Below, piece by piece: positions 60,850 through 64,000 of a DNA stretch of 64,000 nt. Position 1 is the first letter of the stretch. Every line of letters starts with the position of its first letter. The position numbers and the translations under genes are program-made. Origin of the DNA: Oligoflexales bacterium (lineage in GTDB: Bacteria; Bdellovibrionota_B; Oligoflexia; Oligoflexales; Bog-1112); NCBI GenBank assembly GCA_045106415.1, contig JBGCEP010000018.1, positions 55,848-119,847 on the forward strand, given 5' to 3'. A model generated the notes under the pieces. The model ran no database searches. It saw only the letters and a list, made by a program, of their open reading frames with translations, and was not told the origin of the DNA.

Positions 60850-62175
60850 ATGCAGTTTCAATCAACATCAACTGTTCGCACATGGATCACAAACACTGCT
60901 AAAATTTGGCACCAAAATGGAAAACTTTCAACACGTGAGTTTGACGATTTAAACTACACGCTTGAAAGATGTCCGGAGACATCATCTCCGATAGAGTGGC
61001 TCTTAGACCAGAACTCTCCTTTTTTAGAAATGCTGACATTGTGGTACGGGCCAAGTGGAATAGGTAGCAACCTTATCCGTTTGGGCATTCAACCTTACCT
61101 CAAAGAAATTCAAAGCACTCTCCATAGCTGGCAAGAGAACATGATTCTTCAAGCCAAAAAAAACTTCAACCGCGTGGTTTGTGTCGGTGATCAAGAAGGA
61201 TTTGATGCGACGATTCTCTATTCAGCTCTTCTAGGAGATTGCGCAGAAATTCTCAACGAGACTTTAAAAAACAGTCACAAAAACGCTAAAAAAATATCAA
61301 CTCTTCACGGCTGCACACTTGCTGGGGCAGGAGAAATTGAAATTGAAATTGATAAAAAAATTGCTGAATCTCTCCAACTTCAAGAGCCAGAGAACAACCG
61401 TCTCCCTATGTCCCTTGAAAATCAATTTCGAAAAAATTTGCATAATAACATTGACACCTTGCTTCAATGGACCCAGAGCTTTTATTTAGAGGTTACAGGT
61501 TCTAGCAATCATCTCCATTGGTCAAACACAATGATGTACGGAGAAGAACTTGCCATACACACGTCACGTCTTGCCTCTATGAAAATCCCCACGCATAGTC
61601 ATTTGGCTCAATGGGACCTGTATCGTAAAAATATTGAAAAAACACTTTCTATCGTTGCTGTGGAACTCAAAAATTTTTCCGAAGCCTTCTATACCGCTCT
61701 TTTACAACTAGACTCGTACATTTTAAATGATAAGAAAAATTTCCCTGGCGCTATTCAAAGGCGAGTCGCGTGGGAACATATTGAAAAAGGCCTAGCCCCA
61801 AAACAAGCGACTCAAGCAGTAAGTCAATTAGCAGACTACCTTCATAAAAACACTGCCATTCCCGAGCAACTCATTCATAGTGAAATTCAACACATCCATC
61901 CTGATCTGCATATTGATACACTGCCACGAATTACATCTTTAAAAAAAGATCACCAACAAAATCCAAATGAAAAAAAACTATTGGTAGCTCGTTTTGAAGC
62001 TCTCAGCAAATCACTACTTATAGCCATAGCAATGGTGCTAAGTAGCTGTGGAGTAAAAACAGCACCTATGAACTCTATCGTAGAACCAACTCCTAAGTTT
62101 CCATGGGAGAAGAGTGCTACACCTTTACATGAAGGTTTAGAGACAAAGCGTGATGTAGAGCAACCCCAAAACTAG
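60850..62175 (+). CDS. degenerate argininosuccinate-lyase-like protein with C-terminal lipoprotein-like segment
   Basis: AKIWHQNGKLST.E, GCTLAG..IDKKIAESL, VAWEHIEKGLAPKQATQAVSQL echo ArgH; tail LLIAIAMVLSSCGVKTAP. Confidence 0.5.
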   Translation: MQFQSTSTVRTWITNTAKIWHQNGKLSTREFDDLNYTLERCPETSSPIEWLLDQNSPFLEMLTLWYGPSGIGSNLIRLGIQPYLKEIQSTLHSWQENMILQAKKNFNRVVCVGDQEGFDATILYSALLGDCAEILNETLKNSHKNAKKISTLHGCTLAGAGEIEIEIDKKIAESLQLQEPENNRLPMSLENQFRKNLHNNIDTLLQWTQSFYLEVTGSSNHLHWSNTMMYGEELAIHTSRLASMKIPTHSHLAQWDLYRKNIEKTLSIVAVELKNFSEAFYTALLQLDSYILNDKKNFPGAIQRRVAWEHIEKGLAPKQATQAVSQLADYLHKNTAIPEQLIHSEIQHIHPDLHIDTLPRITSLKKDHQQNPNEKKLLVARFEALSKSLLIAIAMVLSSCGVKTAPMNSIVEPTPKFPWEKSATPLHEGLETKRDVEQPQN

Positions 62176-63019
62176 GGGCACTCACTTGCCAAGACATTTG
62201 TACAGGCTGGTGATCATAAATAAAGCCCAACGACCCAGCTTGTCTAATATGGTCAGAGGAGCGTTTATATGCACACGTCATGCTTAAAGCGCTCATCATC
62301 TGATAGGCACCATAGAAAGTAGCCATCTTCTCGGACTCACCCTGTCCCCCTGGTGTTCTTAAGTCAACGACACGCGAAGACCTCTCTTGAGGGACTCTAT
62401 CTCTTTGACTAATTTCAGCCCCTAAAAGAACACCCGCTTGGTTCCAAGTCACACCTGCCCGTATAACTTTAGGCGCAAAAACAGCTGCATCGGCGTTCCG
62501 AATATTTTCCCCGCTTACACCCCAAATCCAAGCTCCATCGGTTCCAGCGAATCCAATACCATATGTTTGTGCATGACGTTTTCGGTAGCCTTCTTGCCAT
62601 GAAATGTTCTGAACGTTAGCTCCAAGTGCCATGCGCCCTAAAGGTACTGACATCGCCCCGTGCACTCGCTTCGTAATAGGGTTTCTAGACAACCCTCCTT
62701 GAGGAAGATCGTCTAAAAATCCAGTCATTTGCACACCAGCCGCTATTTGCGAACTGACCGAATCTACGATACCCACTTGATAGAACTCACGTTCCTCTGT
62801 AGGCCAGTGATAGCTAGCAGAAACATCATACCGACGCATCAAAGTCATAAGTGCCGGATTGCTTCGTACGACACTTGAGCCTCCAGGGTGGACTGCTGCT
62901 CCTGCGTTTCCATAACCCAAACCAAATCCACCAACACTTTCTAGTTCTGCCGGAGGCAATGAACTCGCAAACGCCAAAGCGCCTTGGATAAAGATCACAC
63001 ACAGCAAGAAAAACTTCAT
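62117..63019 (-). CDS. outer-membrane beta-barrel protein (TraF/PorV/FadL-like plug motif)
   Basis: Signal peptide; GLGYGNAGAAV...SNPALM; amphipathic strands. Confidence 0.65.
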   Translation of the reverse strand: MKFFLLCVIFIQGALAFASSLPPAELESVGGFGLGYGNAGAAVHPGGSSVVRSNPALMTLMRRYDVSASYHWPTEEREFYQVGIVDSVSSQIAAGVQMTGFLDDLPQGGLSRNPITKRVHGAMSVPLGRMALGANVQNISWQEGYRKRHAQTYGIGFAGTDGAWIWGVSGENIRNADAAVFAPKVIRAGVTWNQAGVLLGAEISQRDRVPQERSSRVVDLRTPGGQGESEKMATFYGAYQMMSALSMTCAYKRSSDHIRQAGSLGFIYDHQPVQMSWQVSAPSFGVALHHALSLNLHVKV

Positions 63020-63042
63020 AGCAGCACCCTTTTCATGCGCCT

Positions 63043-63381
63043 CTATTTCTCAGTTTTTTTACCTGAGACCTTTGTAAGGCGCGTTACATGTTCTTTCATT
63101 ATCTTCAGAACACCCTGGCCAACGTCAAGGGATATAAATTCATCATTCACAGAACGCACTCGACCAATGATCCCCCCTGATGTGACAACTTCGTCTCCCG
63201 ACTTAAGAGTTGTGAGAAGGTCTTGATGTGCCTTAGCTTTTTGCCCTTGTGGACGAATCACTAAAAAATACATCGCAATAAAAATCAAAGCAAAAGGAAC
63301 CATAGTTTCTGCAAAAGAAGGTTGTGCTGCTGCAGTTTGTGCCGCGTCAGCTAAAGCAACTTCAAACATGTTTACTCCCAT
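63043..63381 (-). CDS. yajC: preprotein translocase subunit YajC
   Basis: MYFLVIRPQ...LKSGDEVVTSGGIIG. Confidence 0.95.
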   Translation of the reverse strand: MGVNMFEVALADAAQTAAAQPSFAETMVPFALIFIAMYFLVIRPQGQKAKAHQDLLTTLKSGDEVVTSGGIIGRVRSVNDEFISLDVGQGVLKIMKEHVTRLTKVSGKKTEK

Positions 63382-63560
63382 ATATCATTCATGTCAGGAA
63401 GCGAACTATAGCAGATCCAGAGCGCAACAAAAATAAGATCTAGCAAGAAAACTTCCACTCATGCTGTACTTTGTGGCTTTCAGTTTAAAAGGTCAGAAAA
63501 ATTAGCAGTATATATAAAAAAAAGATCTGTTTTCGTAGCACAGACCCAAGATTGAGCGTG

Positions 63561-63587
63561 TTAAGCTCTTATCAAAGCTGCCGATAC
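63561..63587 (+). promoter_or_regulatory. sigma28-like promoter
   Basis: TTAAGCTC-N11-GCCGATAC upstream of the cytochrome-c-like lipoprotein gene. Confidence 0.5.
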
Positions 63588-63637
63588 ATATCATATCAAC
63601 AACACATATGATCATCATCACTATCATGAGGAATGGC

Positions 63638-63991
63638 ATGCGAAAAATTTTTGAAATCACTCTTCTTTGTTTTCTATGGGTTGGGTGCGGAACCGACGCG
63701 GCTGATGAGGACACATCCACAGCAACAAGCTACACATTTGCAGCTGATATCAACCCGATCCTCACAAAATCATGCGGCGGATCATCTTGTCATGCTGCTG
63801 GTGGAAGTCAAACTCAATACATCGACAGCCTAAGTAATGTTCTTGCTGCTTCATCGACCATTAAAACACGCATCACCACGACAACAACCAGTCAAATCAT
63901 GCCCCCAGATTACAGCTCATTAAAGTCAACTTTTACAAGCGCTGAACAACAAATCATCATCGACTATCTTGCGCAATCAACACGCAATTAA
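63638..63991 (+). CDS. lipoprotein with cytochrome-c-like CX4CH motif
   Basis: Lipobox WVGC; F.ADINPIL..SCGGSSCH...MPP...IIIDYL; ATG 63638 with GAGGA RBS. Confidence 0.7.
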   Translation: MRKIFEITLLCFLWVGCGTDAADEDTSTATSYTFAADINPILTKSCGGSSCHAAGGSQTQYIDSLSNVLAASSTIKTRITTTTTSQIMPPDYSSLKSTFTSAEQQIIIDYLAQSTRN

Positions 63992-64000
63992 ACTCACGCC

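Overview
Core-chromosome segment of an AT-leaning Gram-negative bacterium. Gene content and order are most consistent with Bdellovibrionota/Oligoflexia-like organisms (inference). Recognisable genes are lon (partial), grpE, a fis-like gene, dnaB-rplI-rpsF-pth-rplY-prs, two Hsp100/Clp ATPases, rpmI-rplT, ddl-lspA, queA, scpA-scpB-rluB, recN, lpxC, a comEC-like gene, dnaK, ldcA-mpl-pal and yajC. There are also four tRNAs (Gln, Leu, Glu, Lys), several outer-membrane, TPR and response-regulator genes, and a decayed IS630-family transposase. No CRISPR array, prophage or rRNA was seen. The most striking observation is a pair of full-length RNase Y paralogs with reciprocal defects: one keeps all HD-domain metal ligands but has lost the KH GxxG loop, while the other keeps the KH loop but has substitutions at conserved HD ligands. 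This suggests a subfunctionalised, possibly heterodimeric RNase Y. Other notable signals are heavily eroded but open 'pseudo-enzyme' genes (ArgH-like with a lipoprotein tail; a FadI/FadJ-like pair), recurring sigma28 (FliA)-like promoters on non-flagellar genes, and broken canonical operons (no rpsR, no infC). All calls come from reading motifs by eye; no database searches were run.
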